Positions 29,581 to 43,570 of a stretch of 64,000 nucleotides of DNA are shown in pieces. The stretch spans positions 5,704,001-5,768,000 of the forward strand of contig CATOCA020000001.1 in NCBI GenBank assembly GCA_951406725.2, read 5' to 3'. Both the position numbers and the translations under genes were made by a program. Below the pieces are notes generated by a model. That model saw only the letters and a program-made list of their open reading frames with translations, was not told the DNA's origin and ran no database searches. Origin of the DNA: Octopus vulgaris (lineage: Eukaryota). The stretch's first letter is position 1. Each line of letters starts with the position of its first letter.

Positions 29581-30232
29581 ATAATGTTTCTGCTAGTTTG
29601 CCTCCTAATAAAGATGAAAACATTAAAATTGTTTTTATAAGAAGAAAATATATTTGAAGTGTGCCAATTATATTTGTTTAAAATATATAAAAATTGTGGT
29701 TTGTGTTGTCAGGGTTTTAACTAAAGGTTAAACGATATTTAAAACAAAAACAGAAAATAATTTGTTAATTGAAACAAATAAAAGAATAATAAGTACCTGT
29801 ATAAATAATTCGGTTTTCTGTTGGAATCTGAAGAGATTGTCTCGCAAGAATATATTGGATGCTCAGCGTGCTTCGAGAAGTGCGATGAAATATACAGAAA
29901 CCCCGTTCAGTTTACTCTCATTTATAATGAGATTACCAGAGTTGTCCACGTTGTATATTGAGATAAGGTGTGAACTTTACACACAGGGCGTTGCGCATTT
30001 AATCACGAGGACAAATGATAAATCTTGACATTAGTTATAGCAGTTGTGTATGTGTGTATGTTACATCTATATGTGTGCCCGTATATATTTATGTATGTGT
30101 GTGTGTTTGTAGGCGTAGCAGGTTCTCACTGCAGGTAAAAAGGAGAAACTACTTGCATATGTGTATACACACACACACACACATACATCTTAATTTCATA
30201 TATTTCATGTATACCATACATAGACATATCCC

Positions 30233-30271
<39 letters not shown>

Positions 30272-30309
30272 ATGTGTGTATGTATGTATGCATATGTATG
30301 TATATATAC

Positions 30310-30403
<94 letters not shown>

Positions 30404-30444
30404 TATATTTATAATATATATATCTGTCTATATATATATATATA

Positions 30445-30985
30445 TATACGCATTCATACATACATACATGTATACATACATACGTACATTCATACATTCA
30501 TACATACATACACACAAATACATACATACACACAAATACATACATAAACACACATACATACATACGTACATACATACATACACATACATACATGCATACA
30601 TACATACATACATACGTACATGCATACATTCATACATACATACACACACATACATACATACGTACATACATACATACACATACATACATGCATACATACA
30701 TACATACGTACATGCATACATTCATACATACATACGTACATGCATACATTCATACATACATACACACACATACATACACACACATACATACATACACACA
30801 TACATACATACATACACACACACATACATACATACATACATACATACACACATACATACACACATACATACATACATACACACATACATACATACATACA
30901 TACATACATACATACATACACACATACATACACACACACATACATACATACACACACACACACATACAGACATACACACACACAT
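30445..30985. repeat. (TACA)n/(CA)n array
   Basis: Directly visible; much shorter in copy B (~45280-45403). Confidence 0.95.
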
Positions 30986-33262
30986 AATGCACTGACGTGT
31001 GTGTACTTAAAAGTATTGTTGTTTGAACGCAAGTTTGAGAGACAATGAAATGTAACTGAAAGAGGAACTCAATACTAAGAATGTAGAAAAATTCCTAATA
31101 AAATTTGCGTTGACCGAGGTTTGAATATTATTCATCAAGAGAAATGGAACCAGAAATATGAGGTCCCAGTTGACATGAAATATACAGAACCCATGCAGGT
31201 TAGTGTTGGACATTTCCAAACCGCATACTATCAACGGACAACATATGGTGGACCTGGAGGGATTTCGGTCCCAGATTCATAATCAGGGCGTGACTTAGGC
31301 ATTGACATGTCCAATGTTGCACACTTCCATATATATATTACGAAGCTGGCAATAAAATTCAGGTGGTTGGGTGGATGAATTCTTAGAAGTTTCAGTTCAA
31401 AGAAGCAGGAAACTATAATGGTCCTCTGGAGGATATTTGTTCTTGGCCAGTGTGATTACTGCTTCCATAGATGACCACCACATCGCGTAAAATTAAGAGC
31501 TAAACTAGGGGCGTTAAACGAAGCTTCACAATGAAGATTGCCTCAGTGCAGCAGGTTAGTGGCTGGGAACGACTCTACAGGTCGAAACATTACTTCCTGT
31601 AACGGAGATGGGAAAGTTAGACTGCGGCCATGCTGGTGCAACACCTTGAAGAATTTATAGTTATATGTATCGATCCCAGTACTTGTATATTTTTTAAAAG
31701 CCTGGTAATTATGCTGTGTTTCTTTTGCCGAACCGCTAAGTTACTGGGACCTAAACATGCCAATATTGGTTGTCCAGCGGTGCCGGGTGTCTCTTCACTG
31801 ACTGCAACCTTTCACTGTAACAGACTCCCTGATTTCATTATCAGAAAAAAATAAATCGTATGTACATAGAAACCTGTTTAGTTTCATCCCTAAAACATGA
31901 TTAATCGTTCCTCCCTTCATTTAAGATTTTCGCATCTTATGGAGGTGAACTGGTAGAAGCATTGGTCTGAGGGACACAATGCCCTGCGGCATTTCGTCCG
32001 TCTTTACGTTCGGGTTTCAAATGGGTTCCACTTTGCTTTACATCGATTCGGAGTCAAGATAATAAGCACGATTAGAGCCCTGTGATTGATGTAATCGATT
32101 TACCACCTTCCTCGATATTGCCGGCCTTGTGACAAAATTTGAAACCGATATTTTCTAATCTAAATAGTGAAACACTTAAATCATTCCAAACGTTCTCAGA
32201 CCATTGTCCCCTGTTGTTAGTTTTGAGGTGAGGTACATCTACAGCTTCTAGATGTTTCTAAATGACCATGTCGTATTTGCCAAACGTTTGGCCAAGTTCA
32301 AAGTTTATTTCCTCTTTTGAAACTTTGCTGTTATTTTCTCTGTAGCTTTCATCTTTTACTTGTTTCAAGCATTTGTGTGTCCATGCTGGGGCACCGCCTT
32401 GAAAGATATTAGTGAAAACAAATCGACAGCAGGACTTATATTTTAAAACCTGTTAAATAATCCATATTCATAGAAAGGAGGAATGCACTGGCGATTAGGT
32501 TCTGCTGAGAACCACCAAATACGGTAACTTTTGGCGATCATACACACACCAGAAATACCAAGATACCAATTTTTCTACTAAACTGGGAACATAACGTTTT
32601 TAGAAAAAATGTCATCTTCTCGATATTCAAAGTCTTTCCACACCGCATCCCCAAGCATCCTTTTAGGGGTGGATTCTTAGATTTTTATCTAAATTTAAAG
32701 TAGATGTAAAAAGCAAAGGATTGGTGTGTCACTGAGTTGATAGTAGGAACCATCTGTGCAGTCCAGGCATCAATTCACATCCCTCTCCTGTTCACTACAC
32801 GTCTCTAAGCCACAAGAGAAGGATTTAAAAACTTAACTGGAATTTCCTATATGGGGATTGTCTAGTTACCTTAGTTGTGTCTGACAAAGAAATTCCATGC
32901 TTGATTCGGAGAAAAGGAGTAACAAGGGGTTTCATTGGACCACATCAGTGATAAGTAAGAAGAAGGAGTTTAATAACAGCAGGGAGCATAGCTGTGACTG
33001 AGAAACAAAGAGGACCTGGTAGTATGTAGCGTACTTTTGCTAATTGTTTCAGATGCCTGTGTAGTGAGGAGCAGACAGTGACAACCCCTCAGAATTCTGT
33101 CTTCTGTCTAGCAGAATGTTGAGAATGTAATAGCCGGGGAGAGAGAGAGAGAGAGAGGGAGAGAGACAGACAGAGACAGACCGTGAGAGAGTATGAGAGA
33201 GAGGTATGAATGAAGACTGTAAAAGGGAGAGAGGGATAAAGAATGGAAAGAAGGGAGAGAAA

Positions 33263-33327
<65 letters not shown>

Positions 33328-34321
33328 GGAAAGGAAGGAAATCAAATTCTGCCGAGGTCGACTTTGTCATTCTTCCTTCCAGGGTAGCTAAACAAGTACC
33401 AGTTCTGGTGTCAATATAATCGGTTAAGCCTTCCAAAACCATTACTGGTCTTGTACCACGATTTGAAACCGATATTTCAAGAACAGTTTTTTTTATCTCC
33501 GTTTCAACATTTGGTGACTTTCATATTTATTTTTCGATTTCAACAATTAGCTTCTTTACTGATTAAGAGAATAATATCAGCAATGATCTACTTGAAAATG
33601 CAAAGATCTTTTCAACTAAACAATGGAAACCAATTTGAACAATAGTTACCAGGCATTAGTGATTAAAAAGTATGTCAAGGGTTTTGTTTGGACGATCGAA
33701 ATAAAGATATTGTTGTAAACAGGTTGATTACATTAAGATAATTTAGCGAGTTTAGTCCTGTGATTCATTAAGTGTATAATATAAAGCTAAACTTCGAACC
33801 CAAATTTAATATTGTTTTATATTTGAAATTATTTTTAAGTATGCTATGGTGCTCAAAAATAAAATAATAAACGGTGGTAATATAGCAAACATGACTTTCA
33901 AAGTATAACATAGGTTTAATCTTAAACTTGAATATATCACATAACTTCTTTTATGTCTCATGTCTTTTTCTCTCAGCTCATTTGTTCTTTACCATTCATA
34001 GAAACTAACATTACACTTCCATCGTCACCACATTTCTTTCCCAACTTTTGCAGATCCCCTCCATTCAAGGCCCATCACTTGCTACCACGAGGCACATCGC
34101 TTTGGCCATGTCACTGACAAACAAGCCATTTGTGGCCAGCAGACACAGTAACTCTCTAAACTTTATCAAACCCCGTTCTTACTTTGGCAACTATGTCCAC
34201 GAAAGACCCCGTCCTCACAATTTATTCGGTACCCTATCGTTAAAATCTGGGGATTGCGAGGAATTTATTAATCAAGCAATGTCACCACCACCACCACCAG
34301 CACCAACATAACCATACATAC

Positions 34322-34401
<80 letters not shown>

Positions 34402-34927
34402 CGTTACTGCGGCCATGCTGGGGCAACATATTCTAGGGTTTGGGTTGGACAAATGGAGCACAGAACATTTAATGAAAAATCTTACTTATTCCAGCAGGTT
34501 GTGCTAAACCGCTGGATTATGGGGATGTAAACGCACCAGCACCGGCTGCAAATCTTGATGCAGGAAAAACAAGTACATAATAACACACGCACGCGTACAC
34601 ACACACATACACATATTTCACACACATGTGGACACACACATATATATAATTATATATATATATATGTATGAATACTTATATCTCTCTATATATACAGACA
34701 TACACGAGACGCTCCTTCCAGTTTCCTTTGACAAAATGCCACTTGCAATGAGTTATATACATTCTTTGCACAGACTTGTATATGTGCCACTGCTGTAATA
34801 TGTTTGAATGAATTCATGACTATAGATGCACAACAGATACGAATGTATATATTCATACATACAGATATGTATTCACATACATACAAATATATGCATACTG
34901 ATGCACAGATGTTGATGTATACGCATG

Positions 34928-34976
<49 letters not shown>

Positions 34977-34987
34977 GTGTGTGTAGG

Positions 34988-35026
<39 letters not shown>

Positions 35027-35082
35027 ACTACACTTGTATATATGTACGATTATGTATGTTTGTGTGTATTTGTGTATGTATG

Positions 35083-35134
<52 letters not shown>

Positions 35135-35417
35135 ATACGCATGAGCTTTTATATATATGTAAAGATATATGTGTTCATATATACATATATATGTATATAA
35201 ATATATCTTATATGTATATTTGTTTACATATATACATAAAAAGATAGATATATATACATATATATATACACATATATATATATACACACCCACACACACA
35301 TGTATATAGAATGACACAAACACAAACAGACACAATCACAGACATATATACGGATCTACGTAAAAAACAAAGTTTTATCGGTTTATTTTGATTATGCTCT
35401 ATCTCTCACTCACTCAA

Positions 35418-35480
<63 letters not shown>

Positions 35481-35538
35481 ATTGGTGAATTGAAGAAATG
35501 GAGCTGAACGCAGATTGAACAGAAATCGTTTTATTTCA

Positions 35539-35618
35539 TTCTACACGTGTTTCTAAAGGCACAAATTACCAAAATCCGATTGAATAATGGGACCATATTG
35601 TGTCTTTCTCTTCAGGAA
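35539..35618 (-). ncRNA. Minimal type-I hammerhead ribozyme-like motif (Penelope pLTR type)
   Basis: Minus strand: ttc-CTGAAGA-gaaagacacaa...ttgtgccttta-GAAAC-acgt-GTA-gaa. Stem III palindrome ACACGTGT; G.A mismatch at the base of stem II. Confidence 0.65.
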
Positions 35619-35694
35619 GAAAAAAAAAAGGTACTAAGGTATCGGTTAAACTTTTGATTAATCTACTACAAGATTATTCATCTTTCTATTTCAC

Positions 35695-35745
<51 letters not shown>

Positions 35746-36214
35746 TATATATAAAGTGATGTATATATATGAGTGTGTGTGTGTCAACTTTAATTACATG
35801 TAGAGAAAGACGTGGAAGGCAGAAGATGGTTATACGATGAGCTAGAAACAACAGCAAAATGTCCTATGTATTGTCACCACCACCACCACCACCACTACTT
35901 CTACTACAACTACTACTGCACACACCTATATGAGTGTATACATATATATAAATACAGATATATATACATCGTCATGTGTGCATTTATATACAGATGTGTG
36001 TGTAAGTTCATACACATACGTACATATATATCCATTCATATATAGTGAGATATCTGTGTGTGCGTGTGTGTGTGTGTGCGTGCATTCAAAGAACATATAC
36101 ACATAATCGCATATACAGTATAGGCAGTTGAACAACCATACACACAGAGGTTTATAGCAAACTAACACGCACACATACACGCACACATACACACATATGG
36201 GTTCATATACATAC

Positions 36215-36250
<36 letters not shown>

Positions 36251-36251
36251 A

Positions 36252-36282
<31 letters not shown>

Positions 36283-36552
36283 GTGTTTGTGTGTGTGTGT
36301 ATATATATATATGTATATATATATGAGTGTGTGTGTGTATGTGTATACATACTTATATGTCTACTTAAATAGCATTAGAGAAAGACGTGGAAGGCTGTAG
36401 GTGCTTATACGATGAGCTAGAAACAACAGCAAAATCTCCTATGTATTTTCTTAGATGCACAACAGAATCAAATGTATATATTCATGCATACAGATATGTA
36501 TTCACATTCATACAAATACTTCCATGCTGCTGCACAGATGTTGTTGTATACG

Positions 36553-36594
<42 letters not shown>

Positions 36595-36650
36595 CAACTA
36601 CACTTGTATATATGTACGATTATGTATGTATGTATGTATCTATCTGTCTG

Positions 36651-36694
<44 letters not shown>

Positions 36695-36805
36695 ATTAAT
36701 ATGCATGTGCTTTTATATATATGTAAATATATATGTGTTTATATATACATATATATGTATATAAATATATCTTATATGTATATATGTTTACATATATACA
36801 TAAAA

Positions 36806-36862
<57 letters not shown>

Positions 36863-37079
36863 CACACACACACACACGTATATTTATTAGTGTGTGTTAT
36901 TGTGTGTGCATACATATGACCTTTCCTTCTTTTATTATATACCCTAACACTAACCCTATGTATGTATATGTATATTTGTGTGTATAAATATACACTCATA
37001 TACGTATAAAAAGAGAAGGCAAGATTATGCTCTATCTCTCACTCACTCAATGTGTGTTGTGTGTACATATATGTATATA

Positions 37080-37127
<48 letters not shown>

Positions 37128-37765
37128 GTATATATATATATATATTGTAAACTTCAGTTTATCTAAAGTTATTATTCATAGCTGAATGCTCTTCTTGACA
37201 CTAATAAACCTAACAACAATTATTGTGTTGTGTCTCTAGGTTAGCTACATTCCTCTGCTTACATCTTGAGCTATAAATCTGTGGATCATACCCCAGCTAG
37301 GGTGGGGGACACTTTATATAGAAAAACAAATTGAGTGTAGTGGGTGCTTTTTATGTGCCAGGGGAGGCTGGCAACGACCACGATCGGTTGGTGCTTTTTT
37401 CGTGCCACCGGTAATCATCATCATCATCACCATATACTGTCCACCTTCCATGAATTCATGAGTAAGATGGATGACAGGAGCCGTCCAGGTAGGAAAAACT
37501 ACCCTGGGCTATTGTCTATTTAGGAAAGGGATTTTACAGCTGGATGCTCTTCCAAACATCAACCACCAGTTTTTTCCCACTGTATGACACCTTGAGCAAG
37601 TACCTTCTTCTAAATCCCATGGCTGATCAAGGCTTCTGAGTGGATTAAATAGAGATAATCTGAGAGAAGCCCATCGTACACCGCTGGACAAAATCTAAGG
37701 ACCAGTGAAAAAACTGCCAAAATGAAGTTTTTTTTTTGTGTGTGTGTGTACGTATGCATATGTAT

Positions 37766-37798
<33 letters not shown>

Positions 37799-38574
37799 GT
37801 TATATATGCACACACCTGCTTGAGTGTGTGTGTGTATGTTTCCATTTGCTTTCACTGAAAATTGCTCAGCTATGAACGATTATCATTTTCCCTGTTAATA
37901 GACAAACCATTGGAATAAGTGATCCCTTGAACGACAGGTAAGGGTTAATAACATGAAGGGGATCCAGATACAAAAAGAATGGATTGATAATATACTCATA
38001 CAACCCATGGTAGTATGGAGAAGAGGTGTAGAATGATTGCTTTATATGCATATACGTACATATATAAGTCTATGTATGTGTATACTCGTGTGCATGTGTG
38101 AGTAGCTGTATGGCATAGTGATTCGGGTGTTACCCTCACAATAGCTAGATCGTGGGTTTGATTCTTGCAATGCCCTTCCTTTCCCAAGAGAAGAAACGAC
38201 AGAGGCTGGAGTCTCAAGCCATTAGAAAAGCCAGCTTAACAGAATATATGTTAACAGAACAACTTCAAAGTGACGCAGATAGAAATGCCTGCTACAGAGA
38301 AGAGGAGACATCAAAGTAACGACAAGTCAGGTTGGAATTTAAAACTTTATCTTTTGGAGAGGAGCGACTAGTAACCTTTAACTAAGATCTTAATACATAA
38401 GCATTACGATAGATGTTTTATGAATACATTTGTGTAGAGTACACACTGGGTCAAAGGTCGGGTGAGCGCTTGTATATATTATAAGTACACAAATTTGGTG
38501 ATTTGTTTAGTCGACTTCTTTTCCTCAAGAGCTTCATGCATTAGTGAACAGTCAACAGCGTTGGAGACCATGGA

Positions 38575-39320
38575 GATTAAATTTCTGAATATTTGAAAAG
38601 AGTTTCCTGTATCATTGTAATTTTTGGTGGATATCAAAATGCCGACATCATGACTGATGCTCAATGCTCTGTGAATACTGTAAAGGCTGTGAGATGTGAC
38701 ACACGCATGAGACTGTGAATCTGTAGCTACTGGGAAGGGACATAGTAGGAGTTCTGATTGTGTCTGCACCACACCACAATTCATTGACACATCGTTGAGC
38801 AGGCGGTGAGTTACGCTCTACACAGACAGCTTTGTGAAACTGCTGCAGATTGGGATCAAACTCTGGCTGGAGAGGATTGCCATTGGAAGGTCATATGTGT
38901 GGCAGCAAGATTCATCTCTTCGTCATACCGCTGGAAGGAACCAGACGTGATTGTTGGAGATTTTCTACGACTGCCCCAGCCCGAATTTCTGGTCTTCTAA
39001 TTCCCCTGATTGTAATACCCTGGATTACTATGTGAGGGGCGCAATTGAGAAAGATACCAACCACTCTTCCTGCAGCGCTAAGTCCAAGCTGATGACCAAG
39101 ATCAAAGAGGGGTTCGAAAATCTCCCAGAGGACGCAGTGAAGAACGCATATGCCAGGCTTTGAAGATGTGTTGAGGCTGTGGTGGAAGTGAAGGGCAGAT
39201 AATTTCAGGAAACCTTTATCTCTCAGCCAAACCCTAGTTTTGACAGGTTTTGAATTTTTAAAACGCTTATTTTTGGATGTGATAAGGAGTTTTATTTTCC
39301 TTTTGTGAAAAGTGTCAGAT
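38575..39320 (+). mobile_element. DD37D transposase remnant, duplicate copy
   Basis: FWSSNSPDCNTLDYYVRG, colinear with copy A. Confidence 0.85.
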
Positions 39321-39459
39321 GTATACATACACTCATTGCATATGTATACATATCTATATACATATATTTAAATGTATATGTATACACAAATACATATACA
39401 TGCATGTGTATGCCTATCCATTTAGATATTTATTCACATTTGTTTCAGCTTTGCAGTAT

Positions 39460-40310
39460 TGTATGCTAAAAGTATTCCACAAGGGACATCCAGGAACCGC
39501 AAGAATGAAAGCACTGATGAGAAGCTAAGTTTACTGGTTGAATATGGATCAGGAAATTGAAATTGGTGAAGGCCTGCAGGGGTTGTGCCCAGGCAATAAA
39601 AAGCACTACCTATAAAAATTCAGCCTTGGCCCAAGACTGACATAGAGTACAGGACCGATAAATGGAAGGCATTATCTATTAGCTGTGGATAGTTACACGA
39701 AATGGCCGGGAATATGTAAATGTAGGAAGCCATCCTCCAAAGTGGCAATGCAATTTCTGGACGAACATTTTGCGCGATATGGCACCCCAGACAATATAGT
39801 GTCTGAAAGCGGAACATAGTTGACATCGAAGGAATTAATAAGCTTTTACAAAATGCATGCAATGGAGCATATTACTACTCGGCCATAACATCCGAGATCG
39901 AATGGACTAGCGGAACGTTTTGTAGACAAGTTTAAGAGGACGCTAAAAAAACCCAGCTAGGAATGAGCTACTAGTTCATACTGCATTGACGCATTTCTTA
40001 AGTGTCTACCGAATAACACCTAACCCCAACACCACTTCAGGTATGTCGCCGGCTGAACTAATGTTCGCCAGGAAAGTCAGGTCAGTGCTCGACAAATTAC
40101 TACCGGGAAGAAAAGGTGGAGGGAAATAGAAGGAAGCACCGAAAATAAGATAAAATACTTCAAATTCGGTGACAAGGTGTTTTTGTTTTTAAATATACAG
40201 AAATGGAGAGGAAAGTTGGGAAGAAATTACAATAAGGAAACGTTTTGGAAAAATAACGTAAATGGTAAAAGGTGAAACGTGGGAACACATTTAAACCAAC
40301 TGAAAAAAAA
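39460..40310 (+). mobile_element. Ty3/Gypsy integrase remnant, duplicate copy
   Basis: Colinear with 24010-24860. Confidence 0.85.
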
Positions 40311-40961
40311 GAACTGTTTACGCGAGAAAGTATAAGACGACAAACAGATGAAAGTCAGTGCTATTGGTGTAGGGATCGCCGGTGATGTTGCCAGCCTCTT
40401 CATAGTATGATGGGACAGGCATTTTAAGCAGTGCCTAGTGACCCGTAACATCCACTTAAATATGTACTCTCGAAACGTTGACGACATTGACTTTGTCGTG
40501 AAATGTAATACTAATATGAACACTCTCCTAAACTGAGAAGAGATGATGACAACTGTACAACACATGGCTGACTCTATCCATAGCAGTATAAAGGCTACTG
40601 TAGACTACCCCTCTAAAAACTCCAGAAATAGATTACCTGCAATACATACTCAGCTGTGGATAGAAAATACTATGATTAACGGAACAGTTAATCCCTGATA
40701 ACTCAATTCACATTATTATAAATCTATAGCTAATCCACTGGTAAATCCGTAGTGACTCAGCGATGTCAAGTACTACCAAAATCAACATCCTTGTGGCAGA
40801 CTTCGAGTAATGAGGATAACATCGGTGGGGTGGAGAGGAGAGGCTGGTATGCATGGGCAATTGCTGGTCTTCCATAAACAACCTTGCCCAGACTTGTGCC
40901 TCGGAGGGTAACATTGTAGGTGCAATCCCTCATTCCTGACCGAAGGGGGTCCAATATATAT

Positions 40962-41024
<63 letters not shown>

Positions 41025-41251
41025 GGCGCAGGAGTGGGTGTGTTTAAGTAGCTTGCTTACCAACCACATGATTCAGGGTTCAGTCCCGCTGCGAGGCACC
41101 TTGGGCAAGTGTTTTCTACTATAGCCACGGGCCGACCAAAGCCTTGTGAGTCGATTTGGTAGACGGAAACTGAAAGAAGCCCGTCGTATATAGATATATA
41201 TATATATAATATGTGTATGTATGTGTGTGCGCGCGCGCGCGTGTGTGCGTG

Positions 41252-41283
<32 letters not shown>

Positions 41284-41467
41284 CCACCATCGCTTGACAA
41301 CAGATGCTGGTGTGTTTACGTCCCCGTAGCTTAGCGGTTCGGCAAAAGAAACTGATAGAGTAAGTACTAGGCTTACAAAGAATAAGTTCTGGGGTCGATT
41401 TACTCGACTAAATGCGGTGCTCCACCATGGCCACAGTCAAATGACAGAAACAATCAAAGTAGTAAAA
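41025..41467 (+). mobile_element. SINE family 1 (duplicate of 25596)
   Basis: Same sequence family and same position within the duplication. Confidence 0.88.
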
Positions 41468-41480
41468 TAATATATATATG

Positions 41481-41545
<65 letters not shown>

Positions 41546-41954
41546 GCGCAATGGCCCAGTGGTTAGGGCAGCGGACTCCCGGTCATAGGATCGCGGTTTC
41601 GATTCCCAGACCGGGCGTTGTGAGTGTTTATTGAGCGAAAACACCTAAAAGCTCCACGAGAATCCGGCAGGGGATGGTGGTGATCCCTGCTGTACTCTTT
41701 CACCACAACTTTCTCTCACTCTTACTTCCTGTTTCTGTTGTACCCGTATTTCAATGGGCCGGCCTTGTCACTCCCTGTGTCACGCTGAATATCCCCGAGA
41801 ACTACGTTAAGGGTGCACGTGTCTGTGGAGTGCTCAGCCACTTACACGTTAATTTCACGAGCAGGCTGTTCCGTTGATTCGGATCAACCGGAACCCTCAT
41901 CATCGTAACCGACGGAGTGCTTCTATATATATATATATGTGTGTGTGTGTGTGC

Positions 41955-41990
<36 letters not shown>

Positions 41991-42559
41991 ATGCACATAT
42001 CTAAATATACATATATAACTTAGAATACAGAGACACTGAAAATGAAAGGGAGATCGTATAGTATTACAATCTGGCAACTGTTTGTGAGGGGTCTGTCCTG
42101 TAATATTTGCTTTGGAAATTACTTGGTGACCCAACTTGTACTTTCCTAAAAGTGGTTGGCATAAAGATCGGCATCCAGTCACAGAAACCATGCTAAGAGA
42201 GATAATGGGAACCTGGTGCAGCTCTCTGGCTTACCAGTTCCCATCAAAGCGCCCAACGCATGCCAGTTGGAAAACAGACGTTAAACGATGATGATTATTA
42301 TTTATGTATGTAAACATACGGACCTATAGAATGAGGACCGATGCTAAGAATGGCCAATGATCTGGTGTTCATAATAACAGCAACAACAAAGACAACAGAA
42401 GCACAACGGCAGGAACGGCAGTGAGCAGACAGGGGTCAATGGGACCGGAACCTTCAAGTGGCTGGGGAAACTACAGTAGTTGTAGCAGACTATAGAGAAA
42501 GGGAAGAAGAAGAGAGAGAGGAAATGGAAAAAGCGAAGGCATTGAAATAAACACTGGGT

Positions 42560-42869
42560 CCACATTGAGGGAAAATAAGTTGAAAAACATCATCAGAAGA
42601 TCTCACTTCTGTGTGTAAAATCGAAAGTGGTCAACTAGATGACATGTTGTTGTGAAGCCATATACGTCGGATCAACGAGGAGACAGATTCACCGCAGAGT
42701 GAAAGAGTATTCCTTTCAGTCCAAACAACACAGTGTTTTATTCCCGAACGGTCAACATCGCCAAAGTGAATGTTCCACCAGGATTCTAGAAAGAGTCGTG
42801 GATGCCGTCAACCTCCGAATAACAGAGGCGCACTTCATTAGAAGAAAAATGCCAAGCTTGAACCACTGA
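42560..42869 (+). mobile_element. Penelope-like GIY-YIG endonuclease fragment (copy A at ~27100-27743 is split by the SINE)
   Basis: CCEAIYVGSTRRQIHRRVKE...RILE...NLRITEAHFI...PSLN. Confidence 0.8.
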
Positions 42870-43500
42870 CCTTAGCTAATGCATGGAAACCTATTTACTG
42901 CTTTCAGGATTATTAATCGACACTTGTTAACATTAGGGAAATAAAGAAGAATCATGGATTCAAAAGTGCTCACAGTGAAATGGAATTTAAAACCCAGCAA
43001 CAAGACTTACTCTGGGTTACATGTCACATACAGGATAACTCCATACTTTGCCATTTCCAATCTTGTCCTCCCCTCTCTCTCTCTCTTTGTCTCCATTGCG
43101 ATCGTTAGCCGAATACATTAACCACTAAGCCACGTAACTTCACTCATCTACAAATGTAAACACTTAAATAAGCATCACTTTGGCTTTCTGAATCCAGCGG
43201 ACGATTCCACAGAACTCACCAATAATTTTTCTAAATCTGATCAATTCTAAACTAGATTGTCCTTTCAAAAACAGTATTTAAATATACTCTCTCTCTCTCT
43301 TACTTGTTTCAGTCATTTGACTGTGGCCATGCTGGAGCACCACCTTTAATCGGGCAACTTGATCCCGGGACTTATTCTTTTGTAAGCCCAGTACTTATTC
43401 TATCGGTCTCTTTTGCCGAACCGCTAAGTAACGGGGACATAAACACACCAGCATCGGTTGTCAAGCAATGCTACGAGGACAAACACAGACACAAACACAT

Positions 43501-43570
<70 letters not shown>

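Larger units (their letters stand above)
21589..35250 (+). repeat. Segmental duplication, copy A
   Basis: Colinear with 37142-~50430. Paired ORFs: 23463/38912, 24778/40227, 29762/44678, 34048/48464. Right end approximate. Confidence 0.93.

Noticed and set aside
30015-31048. HTYI/YVCM-repeat ORFs and the many YIYI/CVCV ORFs
   Set aside because: Di- and tetranucleotide repeat artefacts.
31529-31605. Possible hammerhead (aTGAAGA...aggtcGAAAC...GTA)
   Set aside because: C3 is missing, stems are weak, and copy B has a further core change; at best a dead relic.
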